The notes under the pieces are model-generated. The model saw only the letters and a program-made list of their open reading frames with translations, did no database searches and was not told where the DNA came from. A stretch of 64,000 nucleotides of DNA from a virus, in IMG/VR virus record IMGVR_UViG_3300025133_000022, positions 64,001 to 128,000 of that record. The stretch is one strand, 5' to 3'. Each line of letters starts with the position of its first letter. The stretch's first letter is position 1. Made by a program: the position numbers and the translations under genes. This document shows positions 13,735-23,753 of the stretch, piece by piece.

Positions 13735-14862
13735 ATGAACCAGGTACCATTGTATATTATCAACTTGGACGACAGCGTCCCACTGCCTGGTGGTACGTTC
13801 GTATTAGATGTTCAAACAGAAAAACTGCATTTATTCAGCAGTGTCGAATCATACAACAAGCAATATGTTATTATTGGTATAGCTGATTGTCCAGACCCAA
13901 CAGAAATACTCGAAGACCCTACATCTGCCCTTGAGCCTTTGCTACAAGTAGGGGTCATGTGTCAAATCACAGAAACAGAAGCTGCAGACACCTTCACGGT
14001 ATATACTCTTCAGGTACTGCATCGAGTCTTGATTAGAAATATCAATAGAAACAAAAGTGAAGACGACCCATATACTCTTTGGGTTCAGCAAGAGCCTATA
14101 GCAGAAGAATTTCTCCCCGCAGAAGAAGAACTAAAGAGAGACATTCAAGATATGATTGGAATATTTCTCCGTAAAGAACAAATCTGGGCAGGTATGTCTG
14201 ATTCAACTATCAAGACACTGCGCTCAGATGAGCATCTTTTGAAAAAGATGCATCTTATGGCAGGGCACATGCTATCAGGTATTGAACGATTAGACTATTT
14301 GCAACAACTCAGCAATGTTGACAGATGGAATAAAGTACTAACTGTGGCTAGCAAAAAACTAAGCGCACAAGCGAGAGCACTACCTCCCCCCGTCTCTAAG
14401 AAAATAGACAAACCTAAAAAGAAAGGTAAGAAACTACTTACTTGGAGAGAACGAGTTGCAGAGAGCGACATGCCTGATGCCGTACGAGAGAAAGTACTAC
14501 GCGAAGTCAGCAAGTTGGAATCTACTCCAAAAAACAGTACCGAGTATGCTCAGACAGCCGACTACCTTCGATGGACTCTAAGCGTTCCATGGGGTAAAAC
14601 AAGCTACATACCAACAGACCTACGCAAACTCCACAGCAAACTAGACGAAACACACTACGGTTTAAGTGAAGTGAAAGAACACATGCTTGAAATCATGTGT
14701 GTCCAAGAGCTTCACGAAGGCTCCACGGGCTCTGTGCTTTGTTTTGTAGGCCCTCCCGGCACAGGCAAAACCACCATCGCAAAATCTATTGCAGACGTTT
14801 CAAATCGTCCACTTATTAGAATTGCCCTAGGTGGACTCAGCGATACTGCTGAATTTCGAGGT
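13735..14862 (+). CDS. lon: Lon-type AAA+ ATPase, exon 1
   Basis: Lon N-domain remnants; LDETHYGLSEVKEHMLE; CFVGPPGTGKTTIAKSIA (Walker A); IALGGLSDTAEFRG. Confidence 0.9.
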
Positions 14863-15782
14863 TAAGCAAAATGGCCTCGCGTGTTGGCAACAGCACGAAA
14901 ACAATTCCATTAATTGCTGGAACATCCTAATGACAAAGTCAAGGACAATCAGCAGCTAGATATTAGTGGTCACCACATGTTACATTAACTCTATAACCAC
15001 GGAGTTAACAATGAAATATCATGTAGGCGACACACTTGGTTCGTTTCTACTCATCAATAAAGATGGAGTAAAATGGACCGCAAAATGCACATGTGGAAAC
15101 ATTTGGTCAACAAGATTGATACGACTAAAAGGCCGTACCAACTGCCCCAAATGCTCACCGCCACGATCTTATAAGCAAAGACAACCAGGTGAAACAATTA
15201 ACAGCCACACCTTACTTGAACGATTACCATCTAGAAAATGGAAAACTCAATGTAAGTGTGGAGCAACTAGAATATGTTCACCAGCTGATCTTAAAAGATA
15301 CGATACATGTAAAGCCTGCTACGATCCTGAGAAAGTAGCAGGCCAACTCCGACTTCCTCCTAAAGAGAAAGAAACTAATTATCGTATCCGCTACTACAAA
15401 AAACATGCTAAAGAAAGAAACTACGATTGGGAATTGACAAAATTTCAAACCCAAACACTACTTCAAAGCATATGCAACTATTGTGGTAGCGAAAATGCTC
15501 AAGGCATTGACAGAGTAGACAACTCTCAAGGATATACAATTAGCAACTGTGTCAGTTGCTGCAATTTTTGCAATCATGCAAAGAAAAACTATCCTAAAGA
15601 AGAGTTTCTTAATCATATTAAGCGCATTTATGAATATCAGTTCAGAGACTATCCCGAAAGGGAGTACAGCCAAGCGGCTGGAAACATGGAACCCCCACGT
15701 GGGTGAAGATATAGTCCGATCTACATGGAAACATGTAGCAGCGAAAGCGAGTGTAGCCTAGCGAACTACGCTGAACACCATG
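14863..15782 (+). mobile_element. Group I intron in lon
   Basis: Exon ends in U (GGT); P AATTGCTGGAAC, Q AATCAGCAG, R GTTCAGAGACTA, S AAGATATAGTCC; terminal G at 15782; splicing restores EFRG|HRRTYV. Confidence 0.9.
15011..15706 (+). CDS. Intron-encoded HNH-type homing endonuclease
   Basis: GGAG RBS; two CxCG zinc modules; CNYCG...GIDRVDNSQGYTISNCVSCCNFCNHAK. Confidence 0.85.
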   Translation: MKYHVGDTLGSFLLINKDGVKWTAKCTCGNIWSTRLIRLKGRTNCPKCSPPRSYKQRQPGETINSHTLLERLPSRKWKTQCKCGATRICSPADLKRYDTCKACYDPEKVAGQLRLPPKEKETNYRIRYYKKHAKERNYDWELTKFQTQTLLQSICNYCGSENAQGIDRVDNSQGYTISNCVSCCNFCNHAKKNYPKEEFLNHIKRIYEYQFRDYPEREYSQAAGNMEPPRG

Positions 15783-16376
15783 CATAGACGTACATACGTA
15801 GCCAGCAGACCAGGACGACTCATCTCCGAACTAAAAGAGAAGGGCAGTATGGATCCACTCATCCTTTTAGATGAAGTTGATAAGCTTGCTCACTACAAGG
15901 GCGACCCAGCAGCAGCCCTATTAGAGATCTTAGATCCAGAACAAAACGATCATTTTGTAGACCACTACTTGGAAGTGCCAGTAAATCTAAGTAAAGCAAT
16001 GTTCATTTGCACAGCCAATTACGAAGAAAAAATTCCACAACCACTACTAGATCGTATGGAACTAATCAGGTTCCGAGCTTACGATGATGCTGAACGCGAC
16101 ATTATTACAAAACAATTTCTGCTGCCAAAAATCCAAGCTCAAGAAAACAATACAAATCTACCAGTAACCTTCGAAGATACAGCTTTAACTAGAATAGCTA
16201 AGATTCCACAAGTAAGAAAAATCGAGAAGATTTTAGCTAAGCTTGTTCGCCGAGGAGTTACCCAAGTCCATGTACATGGGAAGAAAGAATACGTCATTAC
16301 AAATGATGATGTATCAAAAATTAAACACAACTATGTGTCAAAATCCGATCGAAAAATAATTGGATTCAGGAAATAA
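15783..16376 (+). CDS. lon: Lon-type AAA+ ATPase, exon 2 (no protease domain follows)
   Basis: HRRTYVASRPG; PLILLDEVDKL (Walker B); GDPAAALLEILDPEQN; PLLDRMELI; ends ...RKIIGFRK. Confidence 0.9.
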   Translation, partial: HRRTYVASRPGRLISELKEKGSMDPLILLDEVDKLAHYKGDPAAALLEILDPEQNDHFVDHYLEVPVNLSKAMFICTANYEEKIPQPLLDRMELIRFRAYDDAERDIITKQFLLPKIQAQENNTNLPVTFEDTALTRIAKIPQVRKIEKILAKLVRRGVTQVHVHGKKEYVITNDDVSKIKHNYVSKSDRKIIGFRK

Positions 16377-16381
16377 TTACA

Positions 16382-16579
16382 ATGACAACACAATTAGATA
16401 CAAGCACGATCCCAAACCGCATTTGGTTTGTCAACAGTGGGAATGATATTAAAGGTCAATGGCCTAGCAGAAGACTTGCTCGTGTTCAAAAACGTGAACT
16501 TATCGCAGCAGGAAACACTGCGAACATTAGTTTTAGTTTGGTAACAATTGAAAAACCAATCGTAGATTCACATTCCTAA
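16382..16579 (+). CDS. Hypothetical protein
   Basis: ORF track; directly follows lon. Confidence 0.55.
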   Translation: MTTQLDTSTIPNRIWFVNSGNDIKGQWPSRRLARVQKRELIAAGNTANISFSLVTIEKPIVDSHS

Positions 16580-16587
16580 GCTGTGAG

Positions 16588-16617
16588 GAGGGGCGGCGTA
16601 GCCGCCCCTCTTGTTTG
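16588..16617 (+). terminator. GCGTAGC-capped hairpin, probable terminator
   Basis: GAGGGGCG-GCGTAGC-CGCCCCTC then TTGTTT. Confidence 0.65.
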
Positions 16618-16635
16618 AGATAACAGGAGCTAGCA

Positions 16636-17298
16636 TTGCTCAAATACAATCCAGAAAATCGTGTAAAAGATATAATCAAAAACCAAATCCTCGACTTACC
16701 AGAACTACAACACCAACTATCTAAAAATGCCATCTCGTATCTTCGAGAAAGGGTGTTTTTAGGGCAGTGTCAACCATATACTCAAAGAACAAGTAGTGGA
16801 CGACTAACTAGTATGCAAATTCAAACTATTTGTAAATTAAATATCTTGTGTTATCAAGAAAGTTATTATCATCGAGGATTGATAAATGCCGCAACTAAAA
16901 ATAATAAACCAATAGATGTAATCGCATTACATGATTACATCTATGCTCAACTTACACTCATTGTAGCAAACCCAAGATCCGAAATTTCAAACGACTCTCA
17001 AGCTCTTTTGAGAGGTCTAAAATTAAGTAGACGAGCACAAATCGCCCTACTTAATCAAAGAAATGGCCTTTCTGAAATTCTCCAAAGAGAACAACAACTT
17101 CAGCTTGCTCAACTTGGCACGCTAATCCTTCCACCCGCCCTTCTCACCATTTTACGTGAACCAGTTCACTTTGTAGACACTACCGCTACTGCCCTTGGCA
17201 GACTTGCTGAGGTGGTGCTGCGCCAAGGAATCAAATGCCAGGTTTCCACAACGACCAACTCTTTCATTTCAGAGCTTTTAGCAAGCTGCGTCCATTAG
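16636..17298 (+). CDS. Hypothetical protein
   Basis: AGGAG RBS before TTG; 220-aa ORF. Confidence 0.65.
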   Translation: MLKYNPENRVKDIIKNQILDLPELQHQLSKNAISYLRERVFLGQCQPYTQRTSSGRLTSMQIQTICKLNILCYQESYYHRGLINAATKNNKPIDVIALHDYIYAQLTLIVANPRSEISNDSQALLRGLKLSRRAQIALLNQRNGLSEILQREQQLQLAQLGTLILPPALLTILREPVHFVDTTATALGRLAEVVLRQGIKCQVSTTTNSFISELLASCVH

Positions 17299-19442
17299 CT
17301 TACTATGCATTGTCTAGTGCGTACTTTTGCTCCCAGATGCGTTCCAACAGGTCTGCCAGACCATCTCTAGAGTACATCTACAACTTAATCCAAGAAAGTG
17401 TTCTTGCTTTCGATATTGAATTTAATGGAAAATCAACCTTCCATACAAATTCAATAAGAAGACATCACACTACACCCAAACGCAATATGGGAATGCTTAA
17501 GGTACGCAGAACCAAGCAAGGCTATACAAGCTTACCAGAATCACTTTTGAAAAGCATGGGCTCTCCCTTGCATTTTCCGACCCTGCCACCAAGCTTGACT
17601 TTCACCCCAAATGAAAATTTTGAATTGATTCCATATCGCATACAGATGGAAGCAAAATGGGTAGATCGCAGAGGAATGATCAGTTGCTTAGGTAGTAATT
17701 TTCGCAAATGGGTTGCTAGCCAAGGCCCCAGAAGAACAATAACCTGCAGAGGATACCGACACACTTTAGAAGAAAGCAAAATACCAGAATACAGTATCAA
17801 CTACGTTCCAGGCAAAACTGTTTCTAAAGCCGGAAACTTCTTCCTCTACAGCCAGAACCTCAACATCTACAATCCATACACTAAAGAGTACGAAACTGTA
17901 CTGTGGGTGGGTCTGGCTAGTTGCATGAGCATACAATATCTTTATACTCATCCATACGCTACGAAAATCATGAAGAGTCTTCTGGAAGCTAAAAAGCTTA
18001 AGAAAACCATTACCCCTCTTAGTAGGTATAATGCAAAAACTCCAGAAGGCATACGTTGGAGTGCAGCTACTTGGGAAAAGATAGCAGGTCAAACTTTAGA
18101 CCAGTACCAGAAGCAAAGTCATTCAAAAATTCTCGAAACACTAATTTTAGTTGAAGAACTGTTTTCTACTCCAGAAGGCATCAAGCTTCAGCGCATGGAA
18201 GATCTTGCACAAATAAAAAAACAAGAACTTGACGAATTAGAAGCTCAGTTAGAAATTACCGAAAAACAACTTCTCAAAACACAAACAGCAATAATAACAG
18301 AACTGCAACGCGTTAGAGAATACCAACTGAGCCTTCAAAGAAACCGAGAGAAAATTCCCTCCCTTGTGAAAGAGAAAGAAAAACTCCACCCAGAAGTAAG
18401 TGCACGAAAAGCAATTTTCAGTAAGATTCAAACTGCAATAGAAAAGAAAAGAACAGCATTCGAGCTAAATAAACGAAACTTCTTACGCGCTGACAAATTT
18501 AAGAACTCTAGCTCCTATGCAGAAGGCCTAGCTAAGAGCGGACTGGTAATAGACGACTTGGTTTATAAGAACCAAGTCTCAGGCAGAATGAAAACCGCTA
18601 GTGATAACCCAGACATCACGGTACAGCGAGACTGGAAATTAATAAAAGCCTATATGCATACTACTCGTCCAATCAAGATGCATTTTGGTTTAGAGAATGA
18701 AAAACCAAGAGCTAGTGGACCTCATAGGTTAAAAGTATGGCTTGAAGAGGGTACACCCAAACTGAAAATTTCTCCATTGGTTGCCTGGGCGGCGCTAGGC
18801 TGGGACGAGACTACTTTCAAGATAACTCCTCATGCGGATAGCTGCTCCATAGATACAACACAGCCTGCTATGTCAATCTGTAATGACATCTTGGATCACA
18901 GCCCAACAGTTTGCATGGGAGAGCTCAGTGCAACTGCCAGCTGGGCGTTTCATGATAACAATCCTAAAATGCTGGCGTTAGCAATCCTAAGCTTTCTTCA
19001 AAGTGTTAACAAGAAAGACATCTGGGGGAAAACATATACTACGTTCCCTTTCTGGGAAGATGTACAAAAAAGCAAACTTCCCAACGATTACACACACTGG
19101 GTAGAAAATACTGTAATCAAACAATCAGAAGCGCCTAAGTATTATATATCCAAATGTAGTAATTACTTCTTCGAAGTAACTAAAGGATCTGATGGGTGTG
19201 ATTGTAGATGGGGGCGTCTGAGAAAAACAGACAATGGTCTTGTAGAAACAAGCAACAATAGCCACCTCAACTACATAAGAAGCGATTACAATACAACTTA
19301 TACTTTATTGTGCGCAAATGCGCAATGGGTATTATCTCCATTTGCTGCAATTCAACAGAAGCATGATGGAACTACACCTGGTTGGAACCCCATGTCCTAT
19401 GTGCCACCTCCAACTGATTCTTTAGCTACTCCTACTTCTTAA
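17235..19442 (+). CDS. Large coiled-coil protein with a C-terminal prokaryotic E2-like (UBC-fold) domain
   Basis: Central coiled coil; DHSPTVCMGE...LAILSFLQSVNKKDIWG resembles the Prok-E2 H-x-x-x-VC(L/M)G...N..D.WG pattern; true start uncertain. Confidence 0.6.
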   Translation: MPGFHNDQLFHFRAFSKLRPLAYYALSSAYFCSQMRSNRSARPSLEYIYNLIQESVLAFDIEFNGKSTFHTNSIRRHHTTPKRNMGMLKVRRTKQGYTSLPESLLKSMGSPLHFPTLPPSLTFTPNENFELIPYRIQMEAKWVDRRGMISCLGSNFRKWVASQGPRRTITCRGYRHTLEESKIPEYSINYVPGKTVSKAGNFFLYSQNLNIYNPYTKEYETVLWVGLASCMSIQYLYTHPYATKIMKSLLEAKKLKKTITPLSRYNAKTPEGIRWSAATWEKIAGQTLDQYQKQSHSKILETLILVEELFSTPEGIKLQRMEDLAQIKKQELDELEAQLEITEKQLLKTQTAIITELQRVREYQLSLQRNREKIPSLVKEKEKLHPEVSARKAIFSKIQTAIEKKRTAFELNKRNFLRADKFKNSSSYAEGLAKSGLVIDDLVYKNQVSGRMKTASDNPDITVQRDWKLIKAYMHTTRPIKMHFGLENEKPRASGPHRLKVWLEEGTPKLKISPLVAWAALGWDETTFKITPHADSCSIDTTQPAMSICNDILDHSPTVCMGELSATASWAFHDNNPKMLALAILSFLQSVNKKDIWGKTYTTFPFWEDVQKSKLPNDYTHWVENTVIKQSEAPKYYISKCSNYFFEVTKGSDGCDCRWGRLRKTDNGLVETSNNSHLNYIRSDYNTTYTLLCANAQWVLSPFAAIQQKHDGTTPGWNPMSYVPPPTDSLATPTS

Positions 19443-19446
19443 AACC

Positions 19447-19475
19447 GAGGGGGGCGCGTAGCGCCCCTTCTTTCA
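19447..19475 (+). terminator. GCGTAGC-capped hairpin
   Basis: GAGGGGGGC-GCGTAGC-GCCCCTTC then TTTC. Confidence 0.55.
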
Positions 19476-19484
19476 AGAGCAGAT

Positions 19485-20723
19485 ATGAATAAAACACCTA
19501 AAAAAACCTTTGAAATCATACCATTTGGCATTACACCAGACGTGACTGTCTGTATTGATCATGCAAGCCTATTGCGTTACCGCTACTTGGTAGCACAAGT
19601 ATCACCAAACGAAGTTCAATGGTACGCAAAAGTAAAACGAACAGTTACACCAGCTAGCGAACGATCCCGTCAATATTCCAATTCACTATGGACATATCAT
19701 ATCACAGATATGTTCGTTCCCGAACAAAGCGTGAGCAAAGGTTCTGTTGATACTGACATCAAACAAAACCCAGCAGCAATGTATCGACTCATGAAAGAAA
19801 TCGAAGGACGCTATCCTGATGATAGCAGTGAGCTTGGATTCAATACAGAGAAAGCCAACGAAGACATACAGGCTATGCACGTCTGGTGTCATTCGCACCC
19901 GTTCACTCAATATCCTACTCCGAGTGGGCAAGACGACAAAATGTTTTCTGATTGGGTCTATGATAATCAAATAGCCCAAACAATAACCTCTCCGTTCGTA
20001 GCACTTATCTTCGGCTCTAGTGAAAACATTCACGCACGCATATATGACCCGCTTACTCCTGGCATCATGTATGAAAATGTTAAAGTCTCTATCACTGTTG
20101 ATAAAGACTTTGATACAACTTACATGGACAATGCAGTAGCAACCAAGATTGAAGAAAAGACTTTCAATTACGCCAGCGGCGGCACTTACATTCGCTGCTC
20201 TGATGGAGTTTATCGCACTTCTGAAGTAAAAAATGCCTTTGATAAAACCAATCAGAAAAAGCTAATCAGCAAGAAAAACAAATGCTTTTTTGATAAATAT
20301 TTTCCAACAGACTGGGAAACATTTGTTGCAGATTGCAATAGCAAGTACGACAACACCAAAGAAATAATGGAGCTGTGGAACTTCATGTGTCGCTGGCTGC
20401 CTACAAAATTAGAGCGAACGCTTTTCTGCTTAGCTCTTGTAGATACTTCTGAAAGCTTAGAAAAAATGGCACGAGCCAAACAAGAAGACTTATTCCACAT
20501 ATCAGATGAGGACGCTATACTCGTTCTTACAACACACTTCTCATCTGATTCTGTCTGTAGTAAACAACTTCGTTCTGCTTTGACCTTCTCTAAGCGATAC
20601 GCAAAACAAAACAGTGAAGAAGGCAGACTCCGTGCAGTACGCTTTCTTAAGAAGAGCCTAGACAAAATTATCCACAACTCTGCCAGCCCTTCAGGCTACG
20701 TCTTTTTAGAAGACTGCAATTAA
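19485..20723 (+). CDS. JAB/MPN+ domain metalloprotease (deubiquitinase-like)
   Basis: NEVQW (catalytic Glu) and WCHSHP...PSGQDD (HxH-x7-S-x2-D). Confidence 0.8.
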   Translation: MNKTPKKTFEIIPFGITPDVTVCIDHASLLRYRYLVAQVSPNEVQWYAKVKRTVTPASERSRQYSNSLWTYHITDMFVPEQSVSKGSVDTDIKQNPAAMYRLMKEIEGRYPDDSSELGFNTEKANEDIQAMHVWCHSHPFTQYPTPSGQDDKMFSDWVYDNQIAQTITSPFVALIFGSSENIHARIYDPLTPGIMYENVKVSITVDKDFDTTYMDNAVATKIEEKTFNYASGGTYIRCSDGVYRTSEVKNAFDKTNQKKLISKKNKCFFDKYFPTDWETFVADCNSKYDNTKEIMELWNFMCRWLPTKLERTLFCLALVDTSESLEKMARAKQEDLFHISDEDAILVLTTHFSSDSVCSKQLRSALTFSKRYAKQNSEEGRLRAVRFLKKSLDKIIHNSASPSGYVFLEDCN

Positions 20724-20745
20724 CAAACACCAGCGAGAAATTACC

Positions 20746-21441
20746 ATGAGCACACGTGTATCATTCCAAAGACACAATGGCTTTGTAAGCCCAGAATGTC
20801 TTACTGATACTCTCAATATCATTGGAGTCGGCGCGACTGGCTCCAATGTAGCCCTAACAGCAGCTAAAATGGGGTTTACCAAATTTCGCATTTGGGATGA
20901 CGACATTGTTGAAGCTCATAATTTACCCAACCAGACATATGACCTCTGTCATGTTGGCATGCCAAAAGTAGAAGCACTTAAAACAGTGCTAAAACGCTTT
21001 AACCCCGAGATTGAAGTAGAAGTCAATCAGTGTTACTTCACCGCCAAAGAACATGGTGATGACCTGGAAGGCCCACTCATTCTCACCGTTGACACAATGA
21101 AAGCCCGCAAAGAAATCACAGACTGCTTTGAAGGCAACATTCTCATCGATACCGTAATCGAATCCCGTTTAGGATTCAATCATGGCACAATCAATATTAT
21201 AGATTGTACCAGTGCAAAAGATATAAAGGAATGGAAACATTCTTTATTCAGTGATGACGAAATACCCGAAGGTCCTTGTGGCTTTCGAATTTGTACCACC
21301 ATGGTTGGCATGGTTGCGAACTTTATGGTTCAGCAACTCTGCCAAAAATATGCTGCTCAGAAAACCAATGCAGCATGGAACCCAAAGAAAAAGACAGTGC
21401 TCGCCTTCAGTGACACTAGTCTAGACACCTATTCAACCTAA
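20746..21441 (+). CDS. ThiF/E1-like ubiquitin-activating enzyme
   Basis: IIGVGATGS; WDDDIVEAHNLPNQ; VGMPKVEAL; LTVDTMKAR; ESRLG; EGPCG. Confidence 0.9.
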   Translation: MSTRVSFQRHNGFVSPECLTDTLNIIGVGATGSNVALTAAKMGFTKFRIWDDDIVEAHNLPNQTYDLCHVGMPKVEALKTVLKRFNPEIEVEVNQCYFTAKEHGDDLEGPLILTVDTMKARKEITDCFEGNILIDTVIESRLGFNHGTINIIDCTSAKDIKEWKHSLFSDDEIPEGPCGFRICTTMVGMVANFMVQQLCQKYAAQKTNAAWNPKKKTVLAFSDTSLDTYST

Positions 21442-21454
21442 GGAATTATCGCAC

Positions 21455-21682
21455 ATGCGCACAATCTCTCTCGTCACTCTTCCAGGCTCTGGCCGTAGCG
21501 TTCAGCAAATCGAACCCGGAACCACCCTTGCATCCTTCGCTGCCGCCAATGGCGTAACAAACCGTCAGCTCTGTCTGAACGGTGACACAATCCCAAGAGC
21601 CCAGTGGGAATCTGTCGACCTGTTTGCATATGAAGGCAGGGTAGAAGTGGCCGCACTGCTAGGCAGCAAGGGCAACAGCTGA
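21455..21682 (+). CDS. Ubiquitin-like (beta-grasp) protein
   Basis: 75 aa; MRTISLVTLPG...IEPGTTL...LCLNG...; ends GSKGNS; directly after the E1 gene. Confidence 0.7.
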   Translation: MRTISLVTLPGSGRSVQQIEPGTTLASFAAANGVTNRQLCLNGDTIPRAQWESVDLFAYEGRVEVAALLGSKGNS

Positions 21683-21737
21683 GTTTAGCAAACTCAAACA
21701 TCTGAATGGATCCTTAAGGGGATCCATTCTTATTTAT

Positions 21738-22121
21738 ATGACAATCAAAATTCAAGTCATTGGTCTTCCAGGTTCTGGGAAGACCACTTATATTCGCAAA
21801 TTCTTAGAACAACACCCTGATGTCCAATACCTAGACATTTGTAATTTTACCGGCAGATGTCGAGAACAAAAATTCAGAAGAGCTTTCAAGAATGCACAAG
21901 GGCCTATCATTGCCGAAAGCGCTTGTGGCATTTACAATGCAGGTTATATCATTAGGGTAAATACCCCAATTCAAACTACGTATCGCCAGCTGAAAGCTAG
22001 AGATGATAAAGCTGATCTAGAATATCTTTCTCTACTGAGTACACAAATAGTGCCTGCCCATTGTACACTGAGGCTGCCGGAAGATCTCCCCGGCCAATTG
22101 CAGACCATACTAAGGAGGTAA
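21738..22121 (+). CDS. Small P-loop kinase-like protein
   Basis: IGLPGSGKTT Walker A. Confidence 0.7.
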   Translation: MTIKIQVIGLPGSGKTTYIRKFLEQHPDVQYLDICNFTGRCREQKFRRAFKNAQGPIIAESACGIYNAGYIIRVNTPIQTTYRQLKARDDKADLEYLSLLSTQIVPAHCTLRLPEDLPGQLQTILRR

Positions 22122-22126
22122 TAACT

Positions 22127-23014
22127 ATGTTACATATCAGGAATCTAGAAGTTCTACCAGAAATAGTAGACAGTGTTTACGCTTCTCCTACTGTGAAGCT
22201 TAAAGCAACCGGACCAATTAACAGTTACGCAATCCTACGAGACATATTCACTCCAAAGCACACTGCTTTAATTCAGCACCTAGGTGATGGCAAATGGGCA
22301 CGAGTCCGTGGATCCAGCGACCTGACAATCTCCGGTCTCCGTGGTCGAGACTCTCAACAAACAGCATGCATCAACAGTCTAGTACACGAAAAGATTTTAA
22401 TTAATACAATTATTGGTCAAGCTGGCACAGGCAAAACCACCATCGCTCTAGCTTATGCGCTTGACCGCTGGTTCAATGAAAACAAAAGAATTGTCCTAAG
22501 TAAACCAACCGCAATGGTTGGTGAAGGAAAAGCTTTTGGACCCGTGCCTGGAGACATGGCTGAAAAATACGCACCATATCTAGCAAGTTATGAAATTGCT
22601 ATGAAGCGACTACTAGGTTGCAACTCTCAAGGTCAACTTGAAGCCATGAAACGCAAAAAGCATCTAGAGTACGTACCTATTGAATTAGTACGCGGCAGTG
22701 AATTCGAAAACTGTACCTTCATTCTTGACGAAGCACAAAACCTTACATGGCATGAGATCAAAACCCTTATCAGTCGTATGGGTGAGGGCACAACGCTAAT
22801 TATTTTAGGAGATCTACGTCAAATTGATATTGTCGATCGTCGCGGATGCACCATACCAGCAAGCACTACGGGTCTATATAAACTAATTCACTCCCTCCCA
22901 TATCAGCAATCTGCGATAAGCAGCCAGATGGAATTGACTACACAATATCGCAGTCCTATTACTAAACTCATCGCCGACGTTGATGAGTGGCTTGCAAAAC
23001 CAAACAAAACCTAA
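22127..23014 (+). CDS. phoH: PhoH-like ATPase
   Basis: GQAGTGKTT; FGPVPGDMAEKYAPYL; RGSEFEN...ILDEAQNLT; GDLRQID. Confidence 0.9.
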   Translation: MLHIRNLEVLPEIVDSVYASPTVKLKATGPINSYAILRDIFTPKHTALIQHLGDGKWARVRGSSDLTISGLRGRDSQQTACINSLVHEKILINTIIGQAGTGKTTIALAYALDRWFNENKRIVLSKPTAMVGEGKAFGPVPGDMAEKYAPYLASYEIAMKRLLGCNSQGQLEAMKRKKHLEYVPIELVRGSEFENCTFILDEAQNLTWHEIKTLISRMGEGTTLIILGDLRQIDIVDRRGCTIPASTTGLYKLIHSLPYQQSAISSQMELTTQYRSPITKLIADVDEWLAKPNKT

Positions 23015-23030
23015 AGTTTATCAAACAACT

Positions 23031-23279
23031 ATGAACAACAACGAACAAATCTCCAAAGAAATTATCAAGCAACTCTCGATGCTTTCTTTGGAGAACCAGG
23101 TTGAAATCCTGGCGAACGTGCTTATGTTTTTAGGTACTGACCACATGTCAGCTGAAGAAAACATTAACCCAAATAACATTGCAGAAATCATACTATTAGA
23201 CCGACGAAGCAATGGAGAAACAGTAGCCAATGCGCTGGCCCTTCAGGGCCTGACTATGATGTTGTGGCTACAGCAGTGA
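23031..23279 (+). CDS. Hypothetical protein
   Basis: ORF track, start re-called to MNNNEQ. Confidence 0.55.
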   Translation: MNNNEQISKEIIKQLSMLSLENQVEILANVLMFLGTDHMSAEENINPNNIAEIILLDRRSNGETVANALALQGLTMMLWLQQ

Positions 23280-23303
23280 AAACCAAGTACAAAGAGGTAA
23301 CAT

Positions 23304-23753
23304 ATGAGAAGTGGACAGTTAAAAGTCTACAAGAACAGTGGGGCTGCGCAATTCAGCCTTATTGAATGTCGTCGTGACGATCGAGGATTCGTCATCAAAG
23401 AAGGAGCAGTTCTAGTAGAAGTTGCCAAGTGCAACGGAAAAGACAGTGATGGAAACATTCAAGCCAACTGGGGGGATAAAATCAGTTTTGCTATTAATAT
23501 AGCAGATATCTGCAACCTCATGGATGAATACAACGTACGAGCACACCGCTTGTTTCACAACTATAAAGGTACTGTCAAGTCCCTAGAATTTCGTCCCGGA
23601 GCCGGCAAATACGAAGGCACCTACATGCTTCAAGTTAATGAGGGCGGCAAAGATGGTAAAACTATCGTTGTTCCGTTAACTAATGGTGAATATAACATGA
23701 TCATGAGATTACTAGTCGGCTGTGCAGCTCCAAAGCTGCTCGGCTGGGAATAA
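23304..23753 (+). CDS. Hypothetical protein, possibly Whirly/PC4-like nucleic-acid binding
   Basis: GAGG RBS; duplicated beta-beta-beta-alpha pattern. Confidence 0.55.
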   Translation: MRSGQLKVYKNSGAAQFSLIECRRDDRGFVIKEGAVLVEVAKCNGKDSDGNIQANWGDKISFAINIADICNLMDEYNVRAHRLFHNYKGTVKSLEFRPGAGKYEGTYMLQVNEGGKDGKTIVVPLTNGEYNMIMRLLVGCAAPKLLGWE

